In this document: in pieces, positions 27,108-41,100 of the stretch | How the letters are laid out: every line of letters starts with the position of its first letter | Position numbering within the stretch: position 1 is the stretch's first letter | DNA from: Camelus dromedarius | Lineage: Eukaryota | Assembly: GCF_036321535.1 (NCBI RefSeq) | Contig: NC_087436.1 | Coordinates: forward strand, 35,466,001-35,530,000 | Direction: 5' to 3' | DNA: 64,000 nucleotides | Program-made: the position numbers and the translations under genes | Notes under the pieces: model-generated | Databases searched by the model: none | What the model saw: the letters and a program-made list of their open reading frames with translations, nothing else | Told to the model about the DNA's origin: nothing

Positions 27108-28080
27108 TGGAGAAATGTCTGTTTAGGTTTTCTGCCATTTTTTGACTGGGTTGTTTGCTTTTTTTGTTTTCTCCAATGAAGACATACAGATGACCAATAG
27201 GCACATGAAAAGATGCTTATTATTGCTAATTATCAGAGAAATGCAAATCAAAACTACAATGAGGTTATCACCTCACACCAGTCAGAATGGCCATCATTAA
27301 AAAGTCCACAAAAGATAAATTCTAGAGAGGGTGTGGAGAAAAGGGTACCATTCTATACTGTTGGTGGGAATGTACTTTGGTGCAGGCATTATGGAAAATA
27401 GTACAGAGATGCCTTTAAAAACTAAAAATAGACTTACCCTATGATCTAGCAATCCCATTTCTGGACATATAGCTGGAAAAAAACTTTAACTTGAAAACAT
27501 ACATGCACCTCAATGTTCCTAGCAGCACTATTTACAATAGCCAAGACATGGAAGCAACCTAAGTGTCCATGGATAGATGACTAGATAAAGAAGTTGAGAA
27601 GTTGTGAGATTATATATATACAAATATTCAATGGAATACTACTTGGTCATTAAAAAGAATGAAATAATGCCATTTGCAGCAAAACAAATGCACCTAGATA
27701 TTATCATGCTAAGTGAAGTAAGTCAAAGACAAATACCATATGATATCACTTATATGTGGAATCTAAAAAAATGACACAAATGATCTTATTTGCAAAATAG
27801 AAACAGACTCACAGACATAGACAACAAACTTATTTACCAAAGGGGAAAAGGGAGGAAGGATAAATTAAGAGTTTGGGATTAGCAGATACAAACTACTATA
27901 TACAAAGCAGATAAACAACAAGGTCCTACTATATATAGCACAGGGAACTCTATTCAGTATCTTGTATTAGCCTAAATGAAAAGAATATGAAAAAGAATAT
28001 ATATACATGTATAACTGAATCACTACGCTGTACACCATAAACTAACACATTTTAAACCAACTACACTTCAATTTGAAAAA
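27108..28080 (+). mobile_element. 5'-truncated, 5'-inverted L1 (ORF2 C-terminus plus 3'UTR, cetartiodactyl/camelid type)
   Basis: 27167-28080 is sense L1 (gaagacatacagatg...atgcaaatcaaaactacaatgagg...gagtttgggattagcagataca...ctacacttcaa). 27108-27166 is the reverse complement of the immediately upstream L1 segment. Confidence 0.93.
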
Positions 28081-30974
28081 CAAATAAACACATTCATTGC
28101 TCTGACCAAAATACAGAAAAAATGGACCTTGGATAGGCCTATAGCTTGTGCCTCTTATGAGATGCCATTTCTGGGAAAATGACCTTTTATTCACCTGGTT
28201 CCACAATAAGCACTCGAGAATTTGGAGGCGTTATTTTGTACCAGTGACTCGCAGACGGTCATATAGATTTAAAAAAAAAAAAACGCTCACACTGTGTAGC
28301 GTGTACTGGCTACACCTGTACTTCCATCTGGGAGTGCTGTGTGCTGCCTCCTGCTTTGTGTAATTGGTACCATAAGCTTCTACATCCTTTGTGATTAAAG
28401 GAACTTTACATCCTTTCACTTACGTCTTTAGTGTCTCTCCATCAATCATTTCAGTACACTGTGATTGCACGATTGTGACAACCACCTATTAGCCATATGA
28501 CCCTAGACAAATTACTTAAATTTCTGAGTCCCAGTCCCTTATCCTCAGTACCTGTCATGTAATAGCAGCTCAACAAATGACAGCAGTGAGATAGCAAAAA
28601 GATTTTTTTACAATCTCTCATCTTCAACATCTTTTACCTTTGTTTATACTCTTTCTTCATGTATTTAATCAGTCACCAAGTCACATCAATTTGTCCTTCC
28701 AGACATTGATTCTTTGAGCCTTACTTTTCATTTCCATAGGTTTATAAAACATTATATACTATACCTTTCACTCTCTTGGAAATTTATAATACATACTAAT
28801 ATATTAAAGACTAATAATTCCTAAAGAAAAAAACATACTTATTCAATATTTGCCAAATGAAATTACCTCTGGAACTGTTTTTTTTTCCCTCTCTCTCTCT
28901 CCAATAGTATGTGTCTTCAAAACTTTCTAAATTTATGTTCTATGGGACACACTTTGAAAAAACCAGATGTGTGTTTTGAAGCTAATGCTCCTTCATCTGT
29001 AAACCAATATTCTCTACCTCAACTGTCTAAGCTGACCAAAACCTCCTTTAGTGCATCATCTTATCTACTTTCCTCTGTAAGAACCTTTACCAAAAATATT
29101 TATTAATTATTTTCTGAAGAGCATCTACATTTCCTACATTCAGCTTTTTCAGCTTTTTCTCCTCAGCCCCCAGCCCCTTCCCCAGCCAATCCTGGAATGC
29201 CAGGGCCCCTCCTCTGTATCTTCAACTAAATTATGAATCCTTTGATCACATGTCTCCATGTCTCCATATACCTTCTAGCATCTCAGACAGCACCTGACAC
29301 ATATTAACTCAAAAACTGTTGATTCGCTTTAAGGAAATCATCTTCTCTTTAATAATGTAAATAGGCACGTGGGATCTCTTGCTACTGCACAAAATCACGT
29401 ATCTTCAGCCCTCTGTGGTGCCTACAGTCAGACAACATAAAGACTTAGCAAGGAATTCCAACTAATGACTTTAACCCAAGCCACTTGGTCACCAAGACTA
29501 ACACAGTTCTGTGGCGTCATGTTTGCTTTCTCACTCCGCTATGTGTGGAGAATCAATACAAACCCAGGGAAAGCCAGGAGAGCGCACTCTCTTTACATAG
29601 TTGCATGTTAAAAAAGGGAGCAGTTCCGAAAGTAGATGTTACATACATGGCAAAGTATGATGAGCCTGCAATAGAAAGGAAGGTCATTACTGTCCAGAGA
29701 TTTGGGAGTCAACAAGTCACACAGAAAAGACGGGGTGAAGTAGCGGTTAATTATAGGTTAAGGGTAAGTATATTTACAGGAAAAGGTAAATAGCTGCAGT
29801 ATTGTGTGAGATTAAGCACTTGTTTTTGTTTTGGTTCTGATCAACATTAGCTTATAACTTGGAGGTTTTTGCTGTTATTTGAGCTGTTGTTTTTCTAAAT
29901 GTGTTGCCTTATTGTATAACTATTTTAAATGGTTCTCTAAAAAAACACAATAAAAGTGAAAAAGCAAAGTTCATTCAGTAGGCCACTGACAAAGAAAGAT
30001 CAGATGTGATCTTTCTTCCAGAAGAAGAACGGGTGAATATTTCCCCCAATGAAGCAAACTAGAAATTGTACAGAAATCTACACGTGGTACTTGCATATAC
30101 TCTACACGATATGTTTCATAAAATAATTTTCATCTCATATATTTTTGGATGATTCACTCATATAACAAACTTTTATTGAATATATTCTTTATGAGAAATA
30201 CTATTTGGGGGATATAAGTTCTTAATAAACATAGTGGAGAAACTCAGTTTAACAGCAACTGTGGCCAACAGAAAAAGTTGGTTAAAGTAGGGAATCACAA
30301 AAAAATGATGCATACATGCCTCAAATATTTTGTTCTAACTCAAAACATATAAATGTATACTTGTTTTGACAATCTTTTGATGTTGGGCCAATTTTTTTTT
30401 TTTTTGGTATGAGACCATTCTTTTTCTTTCCAGAATGAATCATAATCAAAATGCAGCATCTAAGATTTCCATTTGTGCTCTTTAAAGTGAAAACTTTTAT
30501 ATATTTGAGAAGCAATATAAGTACACATCTTTCCTAGATATATAAAACCTCTTCTGATATTTTACAGTTGTTTTGGTTATAACTAATGTGGCAGCAATTT
30601 TTTTAGTACCTGTCTTTACTGAGTCTTTCAAAACAACACTTTTTTTTGTTTCACCTTCATATGCCACTATAATTCCTACAGAAAATATGACTGATAAAGG
30701 CTGATCTTCAAAGATGCTGTCAAAGCTGACCTTAGACATGTAGGGTGGCATTACAGAGCAGACACAAGAATCTTTCCAGTGTCTACAAATCTTTTGTTTA
30801 AATAGCAAATCTATTTCACATTTCACGTTTCTTCCTTTTATAACTGTAAAATTTCTGGTACACTGGTGAGTATTTAGTAGATAGCTGCTGACTGAACGAG
30901 GGCACACAAGTAATTACCCAGTCTCTACTGTACATGACTGAAGCTGTGTGGCTACTGCTAACCCTTTTAGCAGG

Positions 30975-31150
30975 CAGCATGATATACTGAAAAGAGCATG
31001 GATACTGTAGCTAAATAGACCAAAATGTGGAAGCCAGCGTGTTTGATTTGACTTCCGGTGAGTTATTTAACCTAAGTCTTAACCTCTCACCTGTGTAATA
31101 GAGCTAGTAATACCAACCTCGGGGAGTTATTACGAAGATTAAATAACATA
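30975..31150 (+). mobile_element. MIR SINE
   Basis: ggcagcatgatatactgaaaagagcatgg...agttatttaacctaagtcttaacctctcacctgtgtaatagag...taccaacctcggggagttattacgaagattaaat. Confidence 0.75.
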
Positions 31151-31164
31151 GAAGACTGAAAGGG

Positions 31165-31605
31165 TGTCACAGGTGGGTTCTCCAAGAAGTAGACTGTGAG
31201 ATGGAGTCAGAGTGTAGAACAGTTATTAGAGAGTGCTCTTAGGATCAGCACCTGTGGAAAGGTAGGGACGGAAGCAGGACTGGGCAGAAGGAAACTGAGC
31301 TTTGATAGAGGCCTGACAGCAGCTTTAGCTGACCCCATAGCAGGTTTCAGAGCTAAAATAAGCCATCAGAATTTCCCCAGGTAAGGCCAAAGGGACTGGA
31401 CTTGTAAACCTGATCCTTGGTCAGTCACTAGGTGTGGTGCCGGCCACACTGGAAAAGATGTGACCTTAGGCAAGGTGGCTCTGTGCAGCTGAGGAAGTCC
31501 CTGAAGGGACCAACAGCTGAAGGCTACCTGGGATCAGCTCTCCCAGTGGCTGGGCGACAGAATTTCATCTGAAGGGGATCTAGGCTCCAGTCGATATTCA
31601 TCAAA
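31165..31605 (-). mobile_element. ERVL solo LTR (LTR40-like)
   Basis: gggttctccaagaagtagactgtgagatggag...gagtgctcttaggatcagcacctgtg...ggaagcaggactgggcagaaggaa...gtgaccttaggcaaggtggctct...ctgaaggggatctagg. Confidence 0.7.
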
Positions 31606-32942
31606 GAGGGTCTGACAAGTGTTACCAGAAAACAAAAGGTAGTTCCATCAGCCCCCTCAGTCTAGACAGAGTACCCACTCTACTTGAGCCTCCCCCTCAA
31701 GTCACCATCCATGCCACTACGCTCTCTCTTCTCAGAGGACTTTACCCACATCTCGACTTTCTAGCATTGGAAGTGCACCCTTCCTGATAAGTTACTCTCT
31801 TGTTTCTGCCTCAGCTAAACATGCACTTTTTCCCTCTGCACTCACCCACTTATTGAAAACACATGTTTTCTTGGATGTAAAGTCAACTATTTTACAAGTA
31901 TATGTTGTCTATATTTTTACTCACCTGAATAGTCTCAATTTCTCTATTTGTATTACCTGTAAGGATCTTAAAGAGCAATATTGCATCTAACACTTGATAA
32001 TTTTTTAAAATGTGACACGTGCACCAAGAAGCAGGCATACACCATCACTCAGCCCTTATCGAACATGCAGTGCGTGCTTCCTGAAGACCTAAGAGACACC
32101 CACACACCCACTACTGGGTCAACAACGTACAGCCAGCGCTCACAAGGCAATCAGCTATAGAGACTGGAGAATAAATTGAGTTCTTCTGAACTAAGAATTT
32201 TTCTGATACATAAGTGTCAGAGTTTTGTGAGCTCAGAATAGATCTGGGGTTTTAAAAGCACTCCAGAAGTTAAAGCTGCATAGTCCTAAAGATGCCTTCA
32301 GATACAGGTCAACTGGTCAACCCACAAAGGCGCCCTCTTTCACCAAACCCTTTCCCCTTCTATACCTGGGATGTTCTCCTCTCATGACCTTGTCCTAACT
32401 CTGTAATCTCCTTTATGGTTTAGCTTTGGAGGTTGGGAGGGAAAGGTGTTTGTTTTGTAACCAAAAATTAACCAGAAAATGAAATGAGAATGATGGAAGC
32501 TTTCATAATAATCAGAGGATAAGAATATTTCAGAAAACCTGCCTCATTCCCCTAAGATTGAGATGGACACCCTTAGTTATGTGGGAAAATAAAAACCAGA
32601 TCAAAGTAACCAGCTACCATACTGTTTCTGAAAACTGTCCAGCATGTGGCCGTAGAAGGAATTGTGTGGGTTCTTCCATCTGTAGTGCTGACATGACATC
32701 CTCCTCCTCTGAATGGCCATTTTGCCTGGAGGAAGGAGATTCCTGTTTGCTTCTGTGTTACTTCCAGGCAGCAGGCTGCTTCAGGACTAAGGTTGCTTCT
32801 AATGTAGCATTAAGCAGCTTTTACAATGAAAGAAGGTCTGGAATTTTCTACAATGCAGTGAAGCATTGAGTTTTAACCTGAGTTGCCTTTGTATGTGTGC
32901 ACATTCTCCATCGTACCTGTTGTTAAGAGGTCTGAAAACCCT

Positions 32943-33101
32943 GGGAGGAGGAATGGGAGAAAGAAGAGAAGATGAGAGAGGGGAGGAGGAGAGAAGAAAA
33001 GTGTTGGGGAGGAGAAGGGAGGAGGAAGAGAAAGGAAGAAAAAGGAGAAAAGGAAGGTATTGGTGAAGGGAGGAGGAAGGAGGTGGGAGGAGGAGGAGGA
33101 G
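32943..33101. repeat. Purine-rich (GA/GGA) low-complexity tract
   Basis: About 160 bp made almost entirely of G and A on the + strand. Confidence 0.9.
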
Positions 33102-33269
33102 TGCGAATATGGTCTCAGAGAAAGTCAGAAAAGGCATGCGAACTCCATACGTGGCCAAAGTCTGGGAACGTGGTCTATAAGTGCACACGCATGTGTCTGT
33201 GCCCATATGAAGCCGTTCATGTTTCTCGGCTGTGTTGTGGAGAACTCCGAGAGCATGGGGACAACGAAC

Positions 33270-33500
33270 ATGTAATGGGCTCTCATGGGTTTGTATGTGC
33301 CACGTGCTGCCCTTGGCACTTTACTCTCATTAGCCCACAAAAAAAAAAAAAAAATCCTATGAAATACGCATTCCTGTCATCTCCAATTTACAAGCAAGGA
33401 ACTGAAGCTCAGATGGGTAGATAACTTGCTCAAGGTTGTAGAGAAAATGGCAGAGCTAGGATAAAATCCAGCTCTTTTTGACTCAAAATCTTTGCTCCCA
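33270..33500 (-). mobile_element. MIR SINE with an internal expanded A-run
   Basis: tatgtgccacgtgctgcc...ctccaatttacaagcaaggaactgaagctcagatgggtagataacttgctcaagg...tggcagagctaggat...tgactcaaaatc. Confidence 0.8.
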
Positions 33501-33653
33501 ATGGAAGAATGACTAAGATTAATGACAGACTTCATAATTTCTCTTCTCAGTCATTCCAGTTTATATTCTTGGTCATGAAATAGAATACGTGGAAGTAAAG
33601 ATTAGACACATGTAGCTGTCATTGGGTTGAGTTCCTAACACAATGGCGGCTGC

Positions 33654-33699
33654 ATCCAAGACCTCCACGCGGCAGAATCCAAGACCTCCATGCGGCAGA
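33654..33699. repeat. Tandem duplication, 2 x 23 bp
   Basis: atccaagacctccacgcggcaga followed by atccaagacctccatgcggcaga, with one C/T difference. Confidence 0.95.
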
Positions 33700-34599
33700 A
33701 TACCCTTCTCCTCTTGTCTATTGACAGCATGAAAGCTAGTTATGTCTGAAGATGGTCGGAGTTTTCCCATCTTTTTGTGTCTTGTCACAGTCTACGAAGT
33801 AGGAAGAGATTTCTCTCCCGGGGACAAAATCCAGTGCTTGGTCTCTCTACACCCGTCACTCAGTGTTTTCCACAGAGGCTCAGTCCGGAGTGAGAGACTG
33901 CCTAGGGGGTGGGCTGTAAGGACCTCAAAATCTCATGCATCAAAATAAATATCTGACTCACTTGGTTAAAATCTAAAGTCTCATCATCATCGTCTTGGGT
34001 CAACCAGGAAACACATTTTTCGTAGGAGGGCGAAATAAAGTTGTAAACGCCAATTTACACAGCTCCACAACTTCCTAACCTCTCGGCATGCACCAGTGAT
34101 GTCTACAGATGCTGGGAGCGCGCACCTAAAAGCAGCAATGTTGTCAGCCAGGGACCTCATTTACTAGTGCTCTTTCTCTGGAACTCATGTTTTCACACAT
34201 TTTTCATATTGTCTAAAATTTCCTCCATATGTAACCCGTATCTTAAACTTTTAATCTATTATCTGTTTTCAGTTATTTAATGTATTTTCTGAGCTGTTAG
34301 AATAGCACACAAAAGAAAACTGAGTAAGAGAAACAAAGATGTTGCAGATGTTTAGCTGACATAACCCAGGCGAGAGAAGAAAACCCTTATGGGTATTTTC
34401 TACGAGACTTTATAATATCCATGTAAGGTTCTCCTAATTTAATGCGTGTCATTGGTGAATATTCTCTACTAATGAGTGACAGAAAAATTGTGAAATAAAA
34501 TAAAATTCCAAGGATGTTAAAATGTTATGTTGCGTTCAGAACATATAATAAATTTCTTAATTTTGAAGATAAAGACATACAATTGGGAGGCTGAAAGTT

Positions 34600-34860
34600 T
34601 TTAAACATTTTGTTTTATTTTGGGATAATTTTAGGTTTATAGAAAAATTGCAAAGAGAGTGTAGAGAATTCCTTTACAGACTCATCCAGTTTCCCCTAAT
34701 GTCAACTTTGGCAGAAACATAGTACATTTGTCAATACTGAGAGGTGGACATTGGTACAATACGATTAACCAAACCACAGACTTGATTCGAATCACCAGTT
34801 TTTCCACTAATGCCTGTTTACTATTCCAAGATCTCCGGGATGCCACATAGCATTTAGTAT
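34600..34860 (-). mobile_element. Old L1 (L1MC/MD-like) 3' end
   Basis: ataattttaggtttatagaaaaattgcaaagagagt...ccagtttcccctaatgtcaac...acattggtacaatac...accagtttttccactaatg...cacatagcatttagt. Confidence 0.8.
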
Positions 34861-35239
34861 GATTTTTATTAAAGCAGAATCTGGTTCTTCTCAATCCATG
34901 AAATAAATGATGGACAGAAAATTGGTTTAAATGGCCCCATATTATTAGCCTGCCAGGGTGCCTGCAATTCTTGGTATTGTCCCTATGAAAGGAAAACTGT
35001 TAGGAGAAAAATTTGAAAGACGAGGTGCAGATACCTCACAAAGACAGAGGTGGCACATAAGTAATGCTTCCCTGCCATTTATGTATAAAAGGATAATTCA
35101 CAGCCTGAAGCCTCCAGCCATGCTCTCAGCTGGGACCCAGGCTTCTAGCACCGACATCATGTCCAGGTTCACAAAGAACTGTTGTTATCCAGTTGCCTTC
35201 CTGTGGATCCATGCTGATTATTTACCTGGCTCATGAGTT

Positions 35240-36465
35240 GTCTAATAATTCATTATCTTTTTGATGGATGTTTGAATTTTTTCCAACACTCCATTATAGA
35301 GTGCTGCTATGAACGCTCATACTTGTCGTTTAGCGAGTATGTATTTCGCTTGAATGTATACTTAGAGCAGGATTGCTGGCTCATAAACTGTGCACATAGT
35401 TAACTCTAATAGATTCTACCAAATATTTTTTCAAAAGCATTATACCAATTCACACACTCAATAATAAACAGTCCATAAGAGTTCCACCTGTTCCAGTGTT
35501 ACCAACATTTGATACTGTCTCTTGATTTGTCTTTCTAGTGGAGGTACAGTAGTATTCCATTGTGGTTTTAGTCCAAGTCCCCCAATGAACAGTGATGTTG
35601 AGTACATTCTCATGATTTATTAGCCATTTGGATACTCACTTTTATGAAGTATCTGTTCAAGCCTTCTGTCTGTTTAGCTATTGAATTGTCTATTTTTTTT
35701 TTTTTTTTAGTAGTTCTCTACGTATTCTGGAAAAATGTCCTTGGTCAGAAAGATATATGACAAATATTTTCTCCCAGTCTTCAGCTTGTCTTTTCATTTT
35801 CATAATTGCATATTTGAAAAATGGGTTTTAATTTTAATATGATCCAAATAACTGATTTTCTTCTCTATCTCGAGCTTAGTAGATGTCTGTCTAGCCAAAG
35901 GTCAAGAAGATACTATCCTTCTTTGTCCTAAAGCTTTATTGTTTAATCTTTCATGCTTAGATCTACAATCCATCTGAAATTGATAATTGGGCATAGTGTG
36001 AGATAGGGCTTAAAATGCCCTTTCCTTTTTAAAATATAGTATCCAGTTGCTCAGTGTTAATTTATTGAAAAGACCCTTCTTCCCTACGTTGAACTGCAGT
36101 GTCATTTTCATAATAAATAATAATACACTGGAGTCTGTTCTGTTAATCTTTCCTTGTTCTACATGTCAATCCTTGAGCCAATACCATATTATCTTAATTA
36201 TTCTAGCTTAATTCTTCTATTACATGACATCTAATAATATAAGTCCTTCAGTTTTGTTCTTCTTTTTCAAGATGATTTCAGCTATTCTTGGATTTTTGTA
36301 TTTCTATTTAAATGTTAGATTTAGCTTGTCAATTTCTACCACCCCCTTCTTGCCATTTTGGGATTTTAATAAGGGTTAAACTCTATCAAAACGCTACTGC
36401 AGGAAAAAAATTAACATGTTTATGATACTGGATCTTCTTATCCATGAACATGGCTTATCACTTTT
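35240..36465 (-). mobile_element. Ancient L1M ORF2 3' region, decayed
   Basis: gctgctatgaac...ttgtggttttag...gatgttgagtacattctcatg...aaatattttctcccagtct...tttattgaaaagaccc...gctattcttgg...tccatgaacatgg is an antisense L1 body. Confidence 0.85.
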
Positions 36466-36477
36466 TGGTGCTTGGCT

Positions 36478-37790
36478 TTGTTTTGTTTTTGCTTTTTTAA
36501 AGATATAATTCATATACAATAAATTTCATACTCTTAATTGACGCTTTTATGGGTTTGACAAATGCATACAGTCATGGCAGCACCAGTTTAATGAAGGTGT
36601 AGAATATTTTCACCACCCCAAAAAATTCCTTTTGCTCCTTGGTACTAAACTCCTCCCTCTCCCTTAGTCCCTGAAAATGACTGATTGTTATTGTCTCTGT
36701 GGTTCTGCCTACTCAGACATGTCATACAAATGGAATCACAGAGTGTATACCCTTTCCAGTCTGGCTTCTTTTACTTAGTGTAATGCATCTGAAACATGTC
36801 CACATTGATAAATTTCGCTCCTTTTCACTTTTGAGTGGTATTCCATTGTATGGATATATCACAATTTATTTATCCATTAACCATTGAAACACACCTGGGC
36901 TATTTCCAGGTTTTGGCAATTGTAAGTAAGATTACTATAAATATTACAGTACAAATTTTTGCATGACAATGAGAGTTTTTATTTCACTTTTAAATACCTG
37001 AGAGTAGAACTGAAGGTTTCATGGTAAGTGTACATTTAAACTAATAAGCAATTGACAAACTACTTTCCAAAGTGACTGCAGCTTTTGCACTCCCAGCAGC
37101 AGTGTATGAGCGTGCTAGTTGCTCTGCATCCTCACCAACACTTGGTATTGGTATTTGCATTTTTCTAACAACTGATATTATCTTTTAATGTGCTTATTTG
37201 CCACGTGTAGTTTCTTTGGTGAAATTTCTGTTAAATTGTACCTATTTTATTTTATTAGATTGTTTTCTTATTACTGAGTTTGACAGTTCTTTGTATATTC
37301 TGGATACTAGCTCTTTATCAGATATGTGTTTTGCAAATATTTTTCCCAGGATTTTCTTTTAAATGAGAATTCTTTTGAAGAGCAGAAGTATTTAATTTTG
37401 ATTAAGAACAATTATCAATATTTTCTTAGAAATCATGCTTTTGATGTTGTATCTAAGAAATCTTTGTGTTAGTAACCCAAGGTCCCAAATATTTTCTTCT
37501 ATGTTCTTTAAATTTTGTGTGGGTTTAATTTCACATTTTGTTCTATGATCCATTTTGATTTAATTTTTACATATCATGCAAAGAATGGCTCAAGAATCAT
37601 TTTTACAGATGAACGTGCAGTTGCCCCGCCCACACAGACATGCACATCCGTGTTTTATTACCTGCTATGTCCCCTTGTTCTCCACTGCCTGCTCCTGCAC
37701 CTTTGTCCAAAATCAGTCAGTCATTTGTATTCCTGGATCCTCTGTCCTGCCCCATTGATCTACATGTCTATTCTGTCACCAATACCTTTA
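36478..37790 (-). mobile_element. L1MB/MC-like 3'UTR plus ORF2 end, decayed
   Basis: agatataattcatatacaataaa...tttgacaaatgcatacagtcatg...tgtcatacaaatggaatc...tttatcagatatgtgttttgcaaatatttt...gatccattttga. Confidence 0.85.
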
Positions 37791-38156
37791 ATCTGATTTT
37801 CAAAGGCACTTTCACTAGATAACTAGATATATAAATTACTGTCCCCATTTTGGTGCTGGCTTGGTATAGATGAGAATAGAAATAATTTCCTAAAGAATAT
37901 ATTTTCGAAAACTTCGTTCTCTTTTACCATTAAACAATCTCCCTCCAGCTCTTCTGGTAAACATGCAGATTCTTTCTTTGGGCTCTTTTTCAATTTTTTT
38001 ATTCAAATATTTCCTATTATTTTGCTACAGAAGAGGCATTAGGATAAGGTTATTCATCTGAAGAAGACAATAAAAGGAAATTCCCCTAAGGAAGTTAACC
38101 CTGGGTCCAAGAGATGTTCTACCTTTATGCCCAGTGGCCCTCAACCACTGCCAAAT

Positions 38157-38178
38157 ACACACACACACACACACACAC
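38157..38178. repeat. (AC)n microsatellite
   Basis: Directly visible. Confidence 0.95.
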
Positions 38179-41100
38179 CCCTGTTGGCTGATTACAGTTC
38201 TTCTCTCCACCTTCATTCTGGTATTCTTCCTTCAACTTTGTTTTTCTATAATACCCTTCTCACCTTAAAAATTCTCTATGTCCTATTGTTATTCTCTGAG
38301 CCAATTCTTAGTTCACCTATCTTTTCTATTAAATACACATTAAAAAGACACTCAAGCTAATTATATAAAGCATACATTAACTTTTCAGCTTGATTGTTAA
38401 CTGACACTGACGGAGAATAAAATATAATAAAAAGTAGGTATCACGGTACTTTAAATACAAGAAAATAAAAGTAAAAGAAACCAAAAACATGTTCTAAGAA
38501 AAGTGGGCCTCTATCCAAAATTAGAAAAGGTACAAGGACAGTGAGAAGCACACAGCTGAACGTAACACCGAGTGTCATCAGAGAGGTGTAAGGGAAAGGG
38601 ACTCCCGGGGCTCCCATTTTATAATCACCCCACCATGTAATCCCACTGATGTTTCTGGGTAGGCAAAATGTCCCAGCGTAGGTACTGCGCAGGAACCTGG
38701 GTGAAATCTTGAGTAGGAACAAAGAAGGAGTGTTTATTCAGTTGCCAAAAGCGATGCACGTTTGAGAACTTCTGGGAAACCTCAGAACTGTTGCTTTTCC
38801 TGTGGTCCTTGATCTGGTCAGCATGGCAACACATCACATAACGGCCTATCCGAATTGCCTTGTCTGTTCTAATAACTGGCTGGCATTAAAGAAGCCATGG
38901 ACCGGGAATGATGACACACTCAACCTATGCCCCATTCAAGCTGGCCGGTTAAAGAAGAAGTCAGGGCTGACTGCATCCTGGATGCCTTCCCGCCTGTGCC
39001 TCTCGGACTGCCCCGCATGGGGAGTACACGTGTTGCTACTTTCCTTTTCATGTCACCATGACAGTGTCCATCTTACTCTGTTTTGGGGAAAATTAAATTA
39101 AAAAAAAAGAAAATATCATAATGACATTAATCCCTGCAAACACAGGAACATCTCTTTTCTTTGATTCATGCCGCTACCTAAACATCTTCTATAGAGTCGT
39201 GTGTAAAGTGACCATTCATTTAATATTTTAATAAGAAACAGTGATATTTTCTCTTAACAAACAAAAATGAGCAGAGTGATTTAGTTAAAAAAAAAAAAAG
39301 ATACCTTTACTCTGGGGGATCCCGCCCTAGGATGATAACAGGATGGGGAGCACAGGTAATATAAAATACACCTTAGAGTTTAAAAACACACGGCAATGCA
39401 GGTGAAATACTAATTAAAACCATCTAGTTCAATATATTTTTAAAAATCATTTTAATAAATAAGCAGATGGCCCTAAGAAACTGCTTTGCCAATATGATTA
39501 CAGGTAATTGTGTTAAATTCTCAGTAACAGATATCTACCAGACCTCCTTAAGTGACACGTTCTGTCATTTATCATCCATATAGTAACTGCATTTGCCGTT
39601 ACTCTTAGGAGAGTTTTTAGAAGCTGGCCAAAGTCAGTGTCAAGAATAAGCCAGCCACCAGAAGATCTAAACCAACATGACTTGAACGAATTTTGAAAGA
39701 CAAAATAAAAGAAAAAAAGTACAGTATAGAGGGGGGAACTGAAGTCCATAGGCCGTGGAGAAATGGGGGAAATGTGGAAGGAAACCCAAACACCTGATTT
39801 GTACAAACAGTGCTGCAGATGAAAATCTTGAGCCCCACGGCTCCACCCAGACACCTCTGCCTGACTCTTCACAACTGGAATTTGAGGGAAAGAAAGATCA
39901 TGTTATCTCCACTTTTCTCTCCACCCTAGAAGCAAAGAAGTTTTGATTCACAGTCAAGATACTCTACGAAGTCGCAGCAAATTTTGTGTCAGGGAATTAG
40001 AATTACTTCATAAAAAATTGAATAGATTAACAACAATATAAGAGAGAAGGTCTCATAAAGTGCTACATACATGTAGGCTATAATAAATGGCCATTATTAT
40101 AATCATTTTTCAGAAAAAAAAAAGGTTATTAAGAAAGTCATAAATGAGCTGAGGTTGTAATACACCTAACATAGTGTATATACTTCATCTTCAACAAATG
40201 GTGACTGTACTCTCAAATCATTATTATTGAAACACAGCTACTGAGGATCGTGGACCATGTTCACCAAGCAGTAGATAATGTTTGTGATATAGCTGATATA
40301 ATTAAATGGTAGAAATTCAAATAGTAATCAAGGTCCTGTTTCCTAATTCTCATTCCATTAGATTACCTAGTCTTTGATCCTAAGGGAGGTATACACTAAT
40401 GGAACTATAATGATTAAACATAGTAAGTTACAATAAAGAAGCACACAGCATCTATCATTTCCCCACTGTCCCTTCCAAGCTTCTTATTCTCATAATTTGC
40501 TGTTTAAATAAAAAAAAGTCAACCTGTTTGATGTGGAAGATTATGGTGCAATTGGAATAATTCCATGCCCACTAAGTACACCAGATCCACTGAGGCTAAA
40601 AATTCCAGCCATACAATGGTCAAAATATTATTAAATGTTTTTCTTCCCAGTTTCTAGGAAACTCAGCTCTTTTCAAGCATTCAAGTCACACTGGTACCAT
40701 TGAAATAAAACCAGTATAAAAGTGTAAATCTGAGAATTGACCTCTCTTTGTCCTTCAAAAGAGAATGCTGTGTCCCAGATCTGGAAAGAAAACTGATTTG
40801 GCCACTGTGAGATTTCTAGAATTCCCACCTTCCTAGCAAGTAGAAACACTGTAAGAAATCTTTTCTTGGTAGCCAAATCAGGAGGAATACACCCGGAAAG
40901 AAAGGTGGAGAATATTTCCTTCAGGGAGTTTTTGTTTTGTCTTTAAATTAGGCTGTTTCCCATAAAGGAAGATGGTACAATTGGTTCATGATCAGTGGTT
41001 GAGCTGGTCATCAGTGATGTCATCCATTTGTACCAGAACTAACCACCCAAACTGGGCCTCCTGCATGCCCCAGTCCTCATCCGGCCAACCAGCACACATT

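Noticed and set aside
31925..31966. 42-nt exon-like segment with a CAG/GTGAGT donor on the minus strand
   Set aside because: It lies in what appears to be decayed L2 sequence and contains a competing internal donor, so it is likely chance.
32799..33424. Overlapping R/E/G-rich and S/P/L-rich ORFs
   Set aside because: These are artefacts of the stop-poor polypurine tract plus a MIR.
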